Source of the DNA: Sphingomonadales bacterium
Lineage (GTDB): Bacteria; Pseudomonadota; Alphaproteobacteria; Sphingomonadales; Sphingomonadaceae
Direction of reading: 5' to 3'
Length of the DNA stretch: 64,000 nucleotides
Assembly: GCA_034668465.1 (NCBI GenBank)
Contig: JAXDPI010000041.1
Location: forward strand, 381-64,380
In this document: positions 38,193 to 47,931 of the stretch, piece by piece
Layout of the letters: the number at the start of each line of letters is the position of its first letter
How positions within the stretch are numbered: position 1 is the stretch's first letter
Made by a program: the position numbers and the translations under genes
The notes under the pieces: model-generated
Told to the model about the DNA's origin: nothing
What the model saw: only the letters and a program-made list of their open reading frames with translations
Databases searched by the model: none

Positions 38193-40634
38193 ATGAAGCT
38201 TCGTCTCGCAGCCCTGCTCGTCGCCACCGCGTCGGTTCCCGCGTTGGCGGCCGATCCGCCGGCCCCGGCCCAGCCCGCGACAATCCTCCAAAACACCGTC
38301 CGCCGGGACGGGCTGCTGCCGGTCCATGTCGACGCCCGCGGCGGCCGCATCCTGCTCTCGCTTCCCGCGCCCGACGCGGAGGGGATCTCCGGCCGCTACA
38401 TCTACGTCGCCGCGCTTGAGACCGGGCTCGGCTCGGCCTCGCTCGGGCTCGACCGGGCGATGAGCAGCGGCTCGCGGCTGCTCGTCTTCCGCCGGATCGG
38501 GCGCAAGATCGTCGCCGAGATCGAAAATCCCCGGTTCCGCGCCACCGGCGCCGGCGCCGACGAGCAGCAGGGCGTGCGCCACAGCTTCGCCACCTCGACG
38601 ATCTGGATGGGCGACATCGCCGCCGAGACCGCCGACGGCCGCCTGCTCGTCGACATCGCCCCCTTCCTGACCCGCGACGATCTCAACCTCGCCCGCGCGC
38701 TGCGCGAGCAGGAGAATGGCGACTACCGGCTGGTGAGCGAATTGAGCGTCGCCGATTCCAATTTCGTCCGCGTCTTCCCGCGCAACATCGAGCTCGAGGG
38801 GCGGCTGACCTTCGTCAGCGCGCGCCCGGGCCCCGAGGTCGCCAACATCGCGCCGGTCACCGGCAATGTCAGCTTCGTCGTCCGCCATTCGCTGATCGCC
38901 TTGCCCGAGCCGGGCTATGAGCCGCGCCGCTTCGATCCGCGCGCCGGCTCGTTCGGGATGCAGGTGGTCGATTTCAGCGCGCCGCTGGGCCGCCCGGTGG
39001 TCTACGAGCTCGCCAACCGCTTCCGCCTCGAGCGGACCGACCCCGCCGACCCCAATTCGCCGGTGCGCAACCCGATCGTCTTCTACATCGACCGGGCGGC
39101 GCCCGAGCCGATCCGCACCGCCCTTAGGGAAGGCGTCGCCTGGTGGGCCGACGCGTTCGCGGCGGCGGGCTGGCCGGGCGCCTTCCGCGCCGAGATATTG
39201 CCCGAAGGCGCCGACCCGCTCGACATCCGCTACAACGTCGTCAACTGGGTCAATCGCGCCACCCGCGGCTGGTCCTACGGCCAGCCGATCGTCGACCCGC
39301 GCACCGGCGAGATCATCAAGGGCCAGGTGCTGCTCGGCTCGCTGCGCATCCGCCAGGATCTGCTGATCTACCAGGCGCTGGTCGGCGCCGGCCTGACCGG
39401 GACCGGCGGTCCCGGCGATCCGATCACCGCCGCTCTGGCCCGCATCCGCCAGCTCGGCGCGCACGAGGTCGGCCACGCGCTCGGCTTCGCCCATAATTTC
39501 GCGGCCTCGATCCCGGGCCGCTATTCGGTGATGGACTATCCCGCGCCGCGGGTGCGGCTGGTCGATGGCCGGCCCGACCTCAGCGACGCCTATGGCGCCG
39601 GCATCGGCCGCTGGGACCGGTTCGCGGTCGATTGGCTCTACGGCGCGCGGACCGACGCCGAAGCGGCGCCGCGCATGCAGGCGGCGCTGGCGCAGGGGCT
39701 GCGCTACGTCGCCGACGACGATGCGCGGCCGACCGATTCGGCCCATCCGCTCGGCAGCCTGTGGGACGATTATGCCGATCCGGTCGCCGAGCTCAGCCGG
39801 ATGATGGCGGTGCGCGCCGCCGCCGTGTCGCGCTTCGGCCCGGGCGCGCTCCATCCCGGCGACCCGCAATCGCAGCTCAGGCGCGCCTTCGTCCCGGTCT
39901 GGCTGATCCACCGCTACCAGATCGAGGCGGCGGCGAAATTGGTCGGCGGCGTCGACTTCACCTATGCCCTCGCCGGCGACGGCCGCGGCGAGGCGCGCGC
40001 GGTCCCGCCCGCCGACCAGCGCCGCGCGCTCGACGCTTTGCTCGCCACGCTCGCGCCGGCGGCGCTGACCGTACCGGCGCCGTTGCTCGCCCACCTCTCT
40101 TCGGGGTGGTCGGGCGACCGCGACCGCCAGACCGAGATCGAGCTGATGCCGACCGCCGGCGGGCCGATCTTCGATCCGCTCGCCGCGACCGAGACCGGCG
40201 CGGCGGTGACGCTGGCTGCCTTGCTCGCGCCGGCGCGGCTCAACCGGCTCGACATCCAGAACCAGGCCGATCCTGCCTCGCCGTCGGCGCAGGAGGCGAT
40301 CGACCGGCTGATCGGGCGGACCTTCGCCTTCGCCGGGCTCGACCCCGCCGCGGCCGCGGTCCAGCGCCGGATCGCGACCACCGCCGCGCTCGCGCTCGCC
40401 CGGCTGCAGCGCGATGCCGCGCTGTCGCCGACCATCGCGCTGGCGCTCTCGGAGCGGCTCGCCCGGCTCGCCGCCCAGCTCGGCCGCGCCCCCGACGACT
40501 GGAGCCGCGGCCTCGGGCGCCTGCTCGGCGACCGCGAGGCGCTGACCGCCGCGCTCGCCGACCAGCGCCGGCTGCCGCGGATTCCGCCCGGCATGCCGAT
40601 CGGCGGCGAGGGGGAGGAGTGGCCGGGACTATGA
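38193..40634 (+). CDS. Secreted zinc-dependent metalloprotease (DUF5117/DUF4953, EcxA-like)
   Basis: Signal peptide; HEVGHALGFAHNF, SVMDYP, DPRTGEIIKG. Confidence 0.88.
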   Translation: MKLRLAALLVATASVPALAADPPAPAQPATILQNTVRRDGLLPVHVDARGGRILLSLPAPDAEGISGRYIYVAALETGLGSASLGLDRAMSSGSRLLVFRRIGRKIVAEIENPRFRATGAGADEQQGVRHSFATSTIWMGDIAAETADGRLLVDIAPFLTRDDLNLARALREQENGDYRLVSELSVADSNFVRVFPRNIELEGRLTFVSARPGPEVANIAPVTGNVSFVVRHSLIALPEPGYEPRRFDPRAGSFGMQVVDFSAPLGRPVVYELANRFRLERTDPADPNSPVRNPIVFYIDRAAPEPIRTALREGVAWWADAFAAAGWPGAFRAEILPEGADPLDIRYNVVNWVNRATRGWSYGQPIVDPRTGEIIKGQVLLGSLRIRQDLLIYQALVGAGLTGTGGPGDPITAALARIRQLGAHEVGHALGFAHNFAASIPGRYSVMDYPAPRVRLVDGRPDLSDAYGAGIGRWDRFAVDWLYGARTDAEAAPRMQAALAQGLRYVADDDARPTDSAHPLGSLWDDYADPVAELSRMMAVRAAAVSRFGPGALHPGDPQSQLRRAFVPVWLIHRYQIEAAAKLVGGVDFTYALAGDGRGEARAVPPADQRRALDALLATLAPAALTVPAPLLAHLSSGWSGDRDRQTEIELMPTAGGPIFDPLAATETGAAVTLAALLAPARLNRLDIQNQADPASPSAQEAIDRLIGRTFAFAGLDPAAAAVQRRIATTAALALARLQRDAALSPTIALALSERLARLAAQLGRAPDDWSRGLGRLLGDREALTAALADQRRLPRIPPGMPIGGEGEEWPGL

Positions 40635-40972
40635 GCAAGAGCCTCTATGTCGCGCTGCTCGCGCTCGCCGCCGCAATCCTGCTCTACGCGGAATGGCATA
40701 CCGACGAAGTGATGGTGGTGCTGGCGCTGCTGGTCGTGCTGGCGGCGGCGCTCGGCCTCGCCCGCCCGGCCGCGGCGCTGGCGACCGGCATCGTGCTGGG
40801 CGCCGCCATCCCGCTCGCCCATCTGGCGAGCGCGCTGAGCGGCCTTTACCCGCCCCCCTATCAGGTCGCCCCGCCTTCTCCGGCCGACTGGGCGGTCATG
40901 GCCTTCCTGCTCGTGCCGGCGCTGGCCGCCGCCTATGCCGCCGCCTGGCCCCGCCGCCACGCCGCAAATTAG
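40631..40972 (+). CDS. Small multi-pass membrane protein
   Basis: ATGA overlap with the protease gene; 113 aa, mostly hydrophobic. Confidence 0.7.
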   Translation: MSKSLYVALLALAAAILLYAEWHTDEVMVVLALLVVLAAALGLARPAAALATGIVLGAAIPLAHLASALSGLYPPPYQVAPPSPADWAVMAFLLVPALAAAYAAAWPRRHAAN

Positions 40973-41020
40973 GGACAGTCCCTATTTTCCCATCTGGTAA
41001 ATAGTGACAGTCACTCTTTT
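40966..41020. repeat. Tandem pair of REP-like palindromes (GGGAC and GTGAC variants)
   Basis: AAATTAGGGACAGTCCCTATTTT at 40966-40988 and AAATAGTGACAGTCACTCTTTT at 40999-41020. Confidence 0.85.
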
Positions 41021-41021
41021 T

Positions 41022-41369
41022 TTAGAGGCGCGGCAGCCGGGGGTCGGCGCGGCACTGGCGCAGCGGCACCGGGCGGGCGGAGATGACTCGGGTGATCCGC
41101 ATCCGGGCGCGGTCGGCGGTGACGGTCATGCAGGCGCAGCCATGGCCGTGGGGGCCGTTGGTCTCCACCCAGCCGCGCGCCGACATGTCGGGCATCTCGT
41201 CGATACCCGGCGCCTGATAGCCGCCCTGCGACCCGATCAGCCATTCGCCGTCACGGTCGGTCAGCAGCCAATTGGCGGGCGTCGAATTGTCGAGCCAGCC
41301 GCAACGCGTCTCCGGCCGGCTTTGCGGCGCGGCGGCGGCGAGGGCGACGAGAAGCAGCGCGGCCGGCAT
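41022..41369 (-). CDS. Secreted DUF4087-like protein
   Basis: RCGWLDNSTPANWLLTDRDGEW, HGHGCACM, C-terminal QC..D..L. Confidence 0.75.
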   Translation of the reverse strand: MPAALLLVALAAAAPQSRPETRCGWLDNSTPANWLLTDRDGEWLIGSQGGYQAPGIDEMPDMSARGWVETNGPHGHGCACMTVTADRARMRITRVISARPVPLRQCRADPRLPRL

Positions 41370-41378
41370 CGCGCTCTT

Positions 41379-41756
41379 TTAGCGCTGTTCCGGCGCCAGC
41401 GCCATGCGCCACGGCGGAAAGCGGCGATTCTCGCCTCCATGGTAGATGCAGATGATATTGCCCGACGGATCGGCGAGCCGCGCCTCGCGCCACAGCCAGT
41501 CGCGGTCGGCCGGCGCCTCGAGCAGCGGCAGGCCCAGCCCGGCGACGAACGCATCGACGTCCTCGACCTCGAAATAGACGATGGTCGTCGAAGCTACCGC
41601 GTCCGCGAGATGGATCGAGAAAGTCTCGCCCGACGGCGTCTCGAACCGCGCATAACGCGGCGGCGCGGCGACGATCCGGGTCAGGCCGAGCCGGGTGTAG
41701 AAATCGACCGCCGCCTCATAATCGGTGACGCCGACCGTGACCTGGTTGAGCTTCAT
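41379..41756 (-). CDS. VOC/glyoxalase family protein
   Basis: LNQVTV...AVDFYTRLGL, YFEVEDVD, WREARLADPSGN. Confidence 0.88.
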   Translation of the reverse strand: MKLNQVTVGVTDYEAAVDFYTRLGLTRIVAAPPRYARFETPSGETFSIHLADAVASTTIVYFEVEDVDAFVAGLGLPLLEAPADRDWLWREARLADPSGNIICIYHGGENRRFPPWRMALAPEQR

Positions 41757-42436
41757 TCGTCGTCCCGCAGCCTGAGCGCGACGTCGCTCATGAAGCGGGC
41801 GTCGTCGCCCTGGGCGAGCCACGCGGCCTCGGCGGCGACCGCGCCGAGCATGGCGGCGAGCGCGTCCATCTCGGCCTTGGCGTAATTGCCGAGGACGTAT
41901 TTGGTCACTTTGTCCTTGTGCCCGGGGTGGCCGATGCCGAGCCGGACGCGGCGGAATTCATTGCCGATATGGGCTTCGGTCGAGCGCAGGCCGTTATGAC
42001 CGGCGGTGCCGCCGCCGAGCTTCACCTTGACCTTGAACGGCGCGAGATCGAGCTCGTCGTGAAAGACGGTGACGTCGCCGACGTCTTTCTTGAAATAGTC
42101 CATCGCGGCGCGGACCGAGCGGCCGCTATCGTTCATGAAGGTGGCGGGCTTGAGCAGCAGGATGCGCGTCCCGCCGATCCGGCCCTGCCGGGCCCAGCCC
42201 GAAAAGGCCTTCTTCGCCGGCTCGAAACCGTGCGATTCGGCGATCGCGTCGGCCGCCATGAAGCCGACATTGTGCCGCTGCATCGCATAGGACGCGCCGG
42301 GATTGCCGAGGCCGACCCAGATCTGCACCGGCGCGAACTCCCCCATATTCTCCGCCTCCGGCGCGGAAGCGGGCTGGCCCGGCACCTCTGCCGGCCGTGA
42401 AGCGAACAGGGTGCCGAGCCAGGAGAATAGCGACAA
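41753..42436 (-). CDS. pth: Peptidyl-tRNA hydrolase (core may start at GTG 42328)
   Basis: VGLGNPG, RHNVGF, KPATFMNDSG, HDELD, GHNGLRS. Confidence 0.95.
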   Translation of the reverse strand: MSLFSWLGTLFASRPAEVPGQPASAPEAENMGEFAPVQIWVGLGNPGASYAMQRHNVGFMAADAIAESHGFEPAKKAFSGWARQGRIGGTRILLLKPATFMNDSGRSVRAAMDYFKKDVGDVTVFHDELDLAPFKVKVKLGGGTAGHNGLRSTEAHIGNEFRRVRLGIGHPGHKDKVTKYVLGNYAKAEMDALAAMLGAVAAEAAWLAQGDDARFMSDVALRLRDDE

Positions 42437-42439
42437 ATA

Positions 42440-43123
42440 TTATTCCTCGCCGCCCTCGGCCGCGCCCTCTTCGCCGACCAGCGGCACTTCGGCCGCGCCG
42501 GGCTCCTCGTCGCCTTCGGCGGCGGCGGCCACCGCATCCTCGGCTTCGACCTTGAAGACCGACGGCGAGACGATGGTGGCGATGGTGAAGTCGCGGTCGC
42601 TGATCGCGGACTCGGTTCCGGCCGGCAGCTTCACCTGGCTGATGTGGAGCGAATCGCCGATGTCGAGGCCGGCGAGGCTGATCGCGATCTCCTCGGGGAT
42701 CTCGGCCGCGTCGCAGACCAGCTCGAGGTCGTGGCGGACCGCGTTCAGGACGCCGCCGCGCTTCAGGCCCTTCGATTCCTCTTCGTCGACGAAGCGAATC
42801 GGCACCGCGACACTGACTTTCGCGTGCTCGGAGATGCGCAGGAAGTCGACATGCAGCGGCCGGTCGGTGACCGGGTGGAACTGGACGTCCTTGGGAAGGG
42901 TGCGGGTGGTCGCGCCGCCGGCGTCGATCATCACCACCGAGTTCATGAAGTGGCCGGTGGACAAAGCCTTGACCAGCAATTTCTCCTCGAGATGGATCGC
43001 GAGGGGCTCTTCATTGTTGCCGTAGACGACGGCGGGCACGCGGCCCTCGCGACGCAGCACACGGGAGGCTCCCTTGCCAGCCCGTTCGCGCGTCTCGGCC
43101 GACAGCGTAAGCTGTTCGCTCAT
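42440..43123 (-). CDS. rplY: 50S ribosomal protein L25/Ctc
   Basis: [34 protein letters not shown], acidic tail. Confidence 0.96.
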   Translation of the reverse strand: MSEQLTLSAETRERAGKGASRVLRREGRVPAVVYGNNEEPLAIHLEEKLLVKALSTGHFMNSVVMIDAGGATTRTLPKDVQFHPVTDRPLHVDFLRISEHAKVSVAVPIRFVDEEESKGLKRGGVLNAVRHDLELVCDAAEIPEEIAISLAGLDIGDSLHISQVKLPAGTESAISDRDFTIATIVSPSVFKVEAEDAVAAAAEGDEEPGAAEVPLVGEEGAAEGGEE

Positions 43124-43237
43124 TGCATGTCTCCAAAAGACGGGTTGAAAAACATTCCCCCTCACGCCTCCAGGGATGACCATGAACGGGGAGGCGCGCC
43201 TATAGGCGAAGGGTGGGGCGGAGGCAAGTGGAGGGCG

Positions 43238-44173
43238 TCACCCCGCCGGTTGCGGCACCCGGGTGGCGCGCAGGCCGCGCGCCTGCAATGCGGCCAGCAC
43301 GCTGTCGCCGCCGGCGAGGTGGCCGGCGCCGACCGCGACGAACACCGTGCCGGGCCGCGCCAGCCGCTGCTGGATCCAGCCGGCCCAGGTCGCGTTGCGC
43401 GTGGTGAACAGCAGCTGGTGCAGTGCTCGGCCCCGCTCGCTGTCCTCGTTCATCAGGGCCCCGAGCCGCTCGACGTCGCCCGCGGACCAGGCAGCGAGCA
43501 TCGGCGCGAGCTGGGTCGCGATCTCGTCATTCTCGCGCAGCGTTTCGGCGAGCTGCTCGAGCTGCAACGGCTCGGGCATGGCATCGAGCATCCTGAGCTG
43601 CCATTCCATCCCTTCGAGCTCGGCGATCGGGATGCGGCGGGCCTGCGCCGCGCGGGTGAGGACCGTCTCCGGCCCGGATTCGGTGTTGATGCCGAGCCGC
43701 TGCGCGCCGATCACCGCCAGGGTCATCGCCACGAACCACGGCTCGAACCGGTCGAACGTCTCCGGCGGCGCGCCGATCCCCGCGAGCGCGCTGGTCAGCG
43801 CCGCATTCTGCCCGGCGGTCAGCCGCGAGGAGAGGGTGCGGCCCTGGGGGTCGATCGCATAGTGCAGGATCAGCGGCTGGAGCGCGGCCGGGTTCTCGGG
43901 CAGGATCGCCTCCATCACCAGCTCGTCCGAGGCGTCGAACGCGGCCTTGACCTCGTCGTTGAACCAGGGCCGGCCGTCGAGCAGGTGGAAGGTGCCGAAC
44001 AGATAGATAATCGTGTCGGCGTCGCGCACCACGAACAAAGCCGGATCGGCGTCGGGGAGCGGCGCCGGCGCGGCGGCGGGCGCGGCCGGGACCGCGGCCT
44101 GGGGCGCCGCGGACTGAGCGAAGGCGGGCGCGGCGGCGAAGGCCAGCGCCGTCGCCAGCAGAAGCGATTTCAT
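43238..44173 (-). CDS. TraB/GumN family protein
   Basis: Signal peptide; YLFGTFH, GPE, RNATW, FVAVGAGHL. Confidence 0.9.
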   Translation of the reverse strand: MKSLLLATALAFAAAPAFAQSAAPQAAVPAAPAAAPAPLPDADPALFVVRDADTIIYLFGTFHLLDGRPWFNDEVKAAFDASDELVMEAILPENPAALQPLILHYAIDPQGRTLSSRLTAGQNAALTSALAGIGAPPETFDRFEPWFVAMTLAVIGAQRLGINTESGPETVLTRAAQARRIPIAELEGMEWQLRMLDAMPEPLQLEQLAETLRENDEIATQLAPMLAAWSAGDVERLGALMNEDSERGRALHQLLFTTRNATWAGWIQQRLARPGTVFVAVGAGHLAGGDSVLAALQARGLRATRVPQPAG

Positions 44174-44230
44174 TTCGCGATTCTCCGTGGTTTGAAAGCT
44201 ACTTAGCGCAATGGATAGAAAAAGGAAGGC

Positions 44231-44446
44231 TCAGACACGCCAGTTCTCCCGAGGTTCGCCATCTTCGAAAATCTCCTCGATGGTCAGCGAGAACAAGCGG
44301 GCCAGCTTGAACGCCAGCGGCAGCGAGGGGTCGTGCTTGCCGGTTTCGATCGCGTTGACCGCCTGGCGCGAGACGCCGAGCCGGCCGCCCAGCTCGGCTT
44401 GGCTCCAGCCGCGTTCCGCGCGCAGCACCCGCAGCCGATTCCGCAC
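44231..44446 (-). CDS. Cro/C1 HTH transcriptional regulator
   Basis: NRLRVLRAERGWSQAELG..VSRQAVNAIETGKHDPSLPLAFKLA; GTG start inferred. Confidence 0.9.
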   Translation of the reverse strand: MRNRLRVLRAERGWSQAELGGRLGVSRQAVNAIETGKHDPSLPLAFKLARLFSLTIEEIFEDGEPRENWRV

Positions 44447-44653
44447 TCGCCACTCCCGTCTGTCATGTGTCACTGACACAATGTCAATAATACCTGACTA
44501 GGTGATTTGGGTTGGCGTGTCAACAGTGCCTTACAATATGCACCGCATAGCTGACGTGGATCTGGAATGCGCCGGGCGTCGCAGTTCCTTGACCCTTCAT
44601 GCCCCATGGGCCAAAGCGAAGCGACCCATTATCACCCTCGTGAAAGCAGTTTC

Positions 44654-45523
44654 TTGGCCGACCAGCCGCTCTCGTTCCAGTCGCTGATCCTGACGCTTCA
44701 CGCCTATTGGAGCGCGCAGGGCTGCGTCATCCTCCAGCCCTACGACCTGGAGATGGGCGCCGGCACCTTCCACCCGGCGACGATCTTGCGCGCGCTCGGC
44801 CCCGATCCGTGGAAGGCGGCCTTCGTCCAGCCTTCGCGCCGCCCGACCGACGGCCGCTACGGCGAAAACCCGAACCGCCTCCAGCATTATTACCAATATC
44901 AGGTGATGCTGAAGCCGAGCCCGCCGGACCTGCAGGCGCTCTATCTGGGCAGCCTCGCCGCGATCGGCGTCGATCCGCTGAAGCACGACATCCGCTTCGT
45001 CGAGGACGATTGGGAATCGCCCACGCTCGGCGCCTGGGGGCTGGGCTGGGAGGTCTGGTGCGACGGCATGGAGGTCACCCAGTTCACCTATTTCCAGCAG
45101 GTCGGCGGCTTTGATTGCAAACCGGTCTCGGGCGAGCTGACCTACGGCCTCGAGCGGCTGGCAATGTACGTCCAGGGCGTCGACAGCGTCTACGACCTTG
45201 CCTTCAACGATGCCGGAATCACCTACGGCCAGGTGTTCCACGAGAACGAGGTCGAGTTCAGCGCCTATAATTTCGAAGTCGCCGACACCGACAGCCTGTT
45301 GCTGCGCTTCACCCACGCCGCCGAGGAATGCCGCCGCTGCATCGCCGCCGGCCTGCCGCTCCCGGCCTACGACCAGGTGATCAAGGCGAGCCATATCTTC
45401 AACACGCTCCAGGCGCGCGGCGTCATCTCGGTCGCCGAGCGGGCCGCCTATATCGGCCGGGTGCGCGACCTCGCCAAGGGCGCCTGCCAAGCCTGGATGG
45501 GGAAGAACGGGTGGGCGGCGTGA
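44654..45523 (+). CDS. glyQ: Glycyl-tRNA synthetase alpha subunit
   Basis: [39 protein letters not shown]; TTG start inferred. Confidence 0.97.
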   Translation: MADQPLSFQSLILTLHAYWSAQGCVILQPYDLEMGAGTFHPATILRALGPDPWKAAFVQPSRRPTDGRYGENPNRLQHYYQYQVMLKPSPPDLQALYLGSLAAIGVDPLKHDIRFVEDDWESPTLGAWGLGWEVWCDGMEVTQFTYFQQVGGFDCKPVSGELTYGLERLAMYVQGVDSVYDLAFNDAGITYGQVFHENEVEFSAYNFEVADTDSLLLRFTHAAEECRRCIAAGLPLPAYDQVIKASHIFNTLQARGVISVAERAAYIGRVRDLAKGACQAWMGKNGWAA

Positions 45524-45528
45524 GATTT

Positions 45529-45668
45529 GGTTCGCGCAGAGACGCAGAGACGCAGAGGCGCCAAACCCTTTCGCCGGCGCGGAGCGCCCTTCTTTCCAGT
45601 GCGATAGAAGAAGTCCAGTGGTTGAGACAGCCTCAGCCTCTCTGCGTCTCTGCGTCTCTGCGCGAACC
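45529..45668. repeat. 140-bp MITE-like element with perfect 29-bp terminal inverted repeats
   Basis: GGTTCGCGCAGAGACGCAGAGACGCAGAG at 45529-45557 and its exact reverse complement at 45640-45668. Confidence 0.88.
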
Positions 45669-45708
45669 CTGTGCTGATTCTGCGCTGCGCGCAGGAGGGG
45701 CAGGATGA

Positions 45709-47931
45709 ATGGCTGATTTCCTGCTCGAATTGCTCTCCGAGGAAATCCCCGCGCGGATGCAGGACAAGGCGCGCGCCGACCTCGCGCGGTTGTTCGAGGA
45801 AGAGCTCGCCGAGGCCGGCCTCAAAGCGGAGAGCGTCGAGACCTACGCCACCCCGCGCCGGCTCGCGCTGATCGCCCGCGCGCTCCCGGATGAGACCGAG
45901 ACGGTCAACGAAGAGATCAAGGGCCCGCGCGCCGCGGCGCCGCCGCAGGCGCTCGAAGGCTTCCTGCGCAAGACCGGATTGACCCAGGACCAGCTCGCCG
46001 AGCGCGACGGCATCTGGTTCGCGACGATGGAGCGGCCGGGCCGCGCCACCGCCGAATTGCTCGCCGAGGCGATCCCCGCCATCGTCCGCGCCTTCCCCTG
46101 GCCAAAGGCGATGCGCTGGGGCGAGGCCTCGATTTCCACCGAGAGCTTGCGGTGGGTCCGTCCGCTCCAGGGCATCGTCGCTTTGCTCGGGGAGGAGATT
46201 GTCGCCTTCGAGATTGCGGGCATCCGCTCAGGCGCCGCCACCGTCGGCCACCGCTTCCACCATCCCGGCACGATCACGATCGGCGGCGCCCACGATTATG
46301 TCGAGAAGCTGCGCGCCTGCCACGTCATCGTCGATCAGGAAGAGCGCAAGGAGATCATCCGCAGGGATTCCGCGAAGCTGCAGCGCAAGACGAAGGTCGT
46401 CCCGGACGAGGCGTTGGTCGCGGAAAATGCCGGGCTCACGGAATGGCCGGTGCCCTTGAAAGGCGATTTCGACGCGGCGTTCCTCGCGCTCCCGCCCGAG
46501 TTGATCCAGCTGACGATGCGGGTGAACCAGAAATATTTCGCCTGCCAGGATGAGGAGGGCAAGCTTTCGAACCGCTTCGTCTGCGTCGCCAACATCGCCT
46601 CCAGCGATCCCGCCGCGGTCGTCGCCGGCAATGAGAAAGTGCTCGCCGCGCGCCTCAGCGACGCCAAATTCTTCTGGGAGCAGGATTTGAAGATCCCGCT
46701 CGCCGACCAGGCGAAGAAGCTCGACCAGATCGTCTTCCACGAGAAGCTCGGCACCATCGCGCAGAAGGTGGAGCGGGTGGCAAGGCTCGCCGAATGGCTG
46801 GTCTCCGAGCGGCTGGTCCGCGCCGATTTCGAGGCGGTGGGACGGGCGGCAAGGCTCGCCAAGGCCGATCTCGTCACCGAGATGGTCGGCGAGTTCCCCG
46901 AATTGCAGGGCGTGATCGGCGCTTATTATGCGCGGGCCCAAAGCGAGAGCGCGGCCGTCGCCGACGCGATCCGCGATCATTACAAGCCGGCGGGGCAGGG
47001 CGACGAGGTGCCCACCGACCCGGTCACGGTCGCTGTCAACATCGCGGACAGGCTGGATACGCTCGCCGCCTTCTTCTCGATCGGCGAGAAGCCGACCGGC
47101 TCGCGCGATCCCTTCGCCTTGCGCCGCGCGGCGCTCGGTTTCCTTCAGATCCTGATCAAAGCGGGCCTGCGCCTGCCGCTCAGCGACGTGCTGACCCAGG
47201 CGGCGGTGCTGGTCGTGATCTCGCGTCTCGGGGCATTGTCCTCGGTCACCTTCCCGGACCTCCTGGACAGCGGCGACCACGAGCATGAGATCACCGCCGA
47301 GGTCGGCTCCTTCACCTACCGGCACGGCGAGCATGTCGTCGTCCGCTGGAAGGCCGATCTCACGCCCCCGATCGAGCGCGGCGCGATCATCGAGGAGGTC
47401 AAGGATCTCGCCGAGGCGGTCCTCGATTTCCTCGAGGACCGGTTGAAAGTCCAGCAGCGCGAGGCCGGCGTCCGCCACGATTTGATCGACGCCGTGTTTG
47501 CGCTCGGCGGCGAGGACGATCTGGTTCGGCTGCTCGCCAGGGTGAAGGCGCTGCAAAGCTTCGTCGAATCCCCCCAGGGCGCCGACCTGCTCACCGGCTA
47601 CAAGCGCGCCGCGAACATATTGAAGAAGGAGGAGTGGGCGGGCGAAGGGTGGGTGAAGAAAGACCTTTCCTACACGCCCCAGATCGAGGAATCGGAGCTG
47701 GACGACGCGCTCGACGCCGCCGAGCCCAAGGTGAAGGCGGCGATCGAGGCGGAGGAATATGAGCGCGCGATGGCCGCGCTGGCATCGTTGCGAGGGCCGG
47801 TGGATGCGTTTTTCGACAAGGTAACCGTGAATGATCCCGATGAGACCAAGCGCGCCGTACGCCTCAACTTGCTTGCCAGGATGCGAGACGCGGTCCATCG
47901 CGTCGCCGATTTCTCGCGCATCGAAGGCTGA
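45709..47931 (+). CDS. glyS: Glycyl-tRNA synthetase beta subunit
   Basis: FLLELLSEEIPARMQ, TPRRL, EFPELQG, TGSRDPFALRRAA, DALR anticodon domain. Confidence 0.96.
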   Translation: MADFLLELLSEEIPARMQDKARADLARLFEEELAEAGLKAESVETYATPRRLALIARALPDETETVNEEIKGPRAAAPPQALEGFLRKTGLTQDQLAERDGIWFATMERPGRATAELLAEAIPAIVRAFPWPKAMRWGEASISTESLRWVRPLQGIVALLGEEIVAFEIAGIRSGAATVGHRFHHPGTITIGGAHDYVEKLRACHVIVDQEERKEIIRRDSAKLQRKTKVVPDEALVAENAGLTEWPVPLKGDFDAAFLALPPELIQLTMRVNQKYFACQDEEGKLSNRFVCVANIASSDPAAVVAGNEKVLAARLSDAKFFWEQDLKIPLADQAKKLDQIVFHEKLGTIAQKVERVARLAEWLVSERLVRADFEAVGRAARLAKADLVTEMVGEFPELQGVIGAYYARAQSESAAVADAIRDHYKPAGQGDEVPTDPVTVAVNIADRLDTLAAFFSIGEKPTGSRDPFALRRAALGFLQILIKAGLRLPLSDVLTQAAVLVVISRLGALSSVTFPDLLDSGDHEHEITAEVGSFTYRHGEHVVVRWKADLTPPIERGAIIEEVKDLAEAVLDFLEDRLKVQQREAGVRHDLIDAVFALGGEDDLVRLLARVKALQSFVESPQGADLLTGYKRAANILKKEEWAGEGWVKKDLSYTPQIEESELDDALDAAEPKVKAAIEAEEYERAMAALASLRGPVDAFFDKVTVNDPDETKRAVRLNLLARMRDAVHRVADFSRIEG

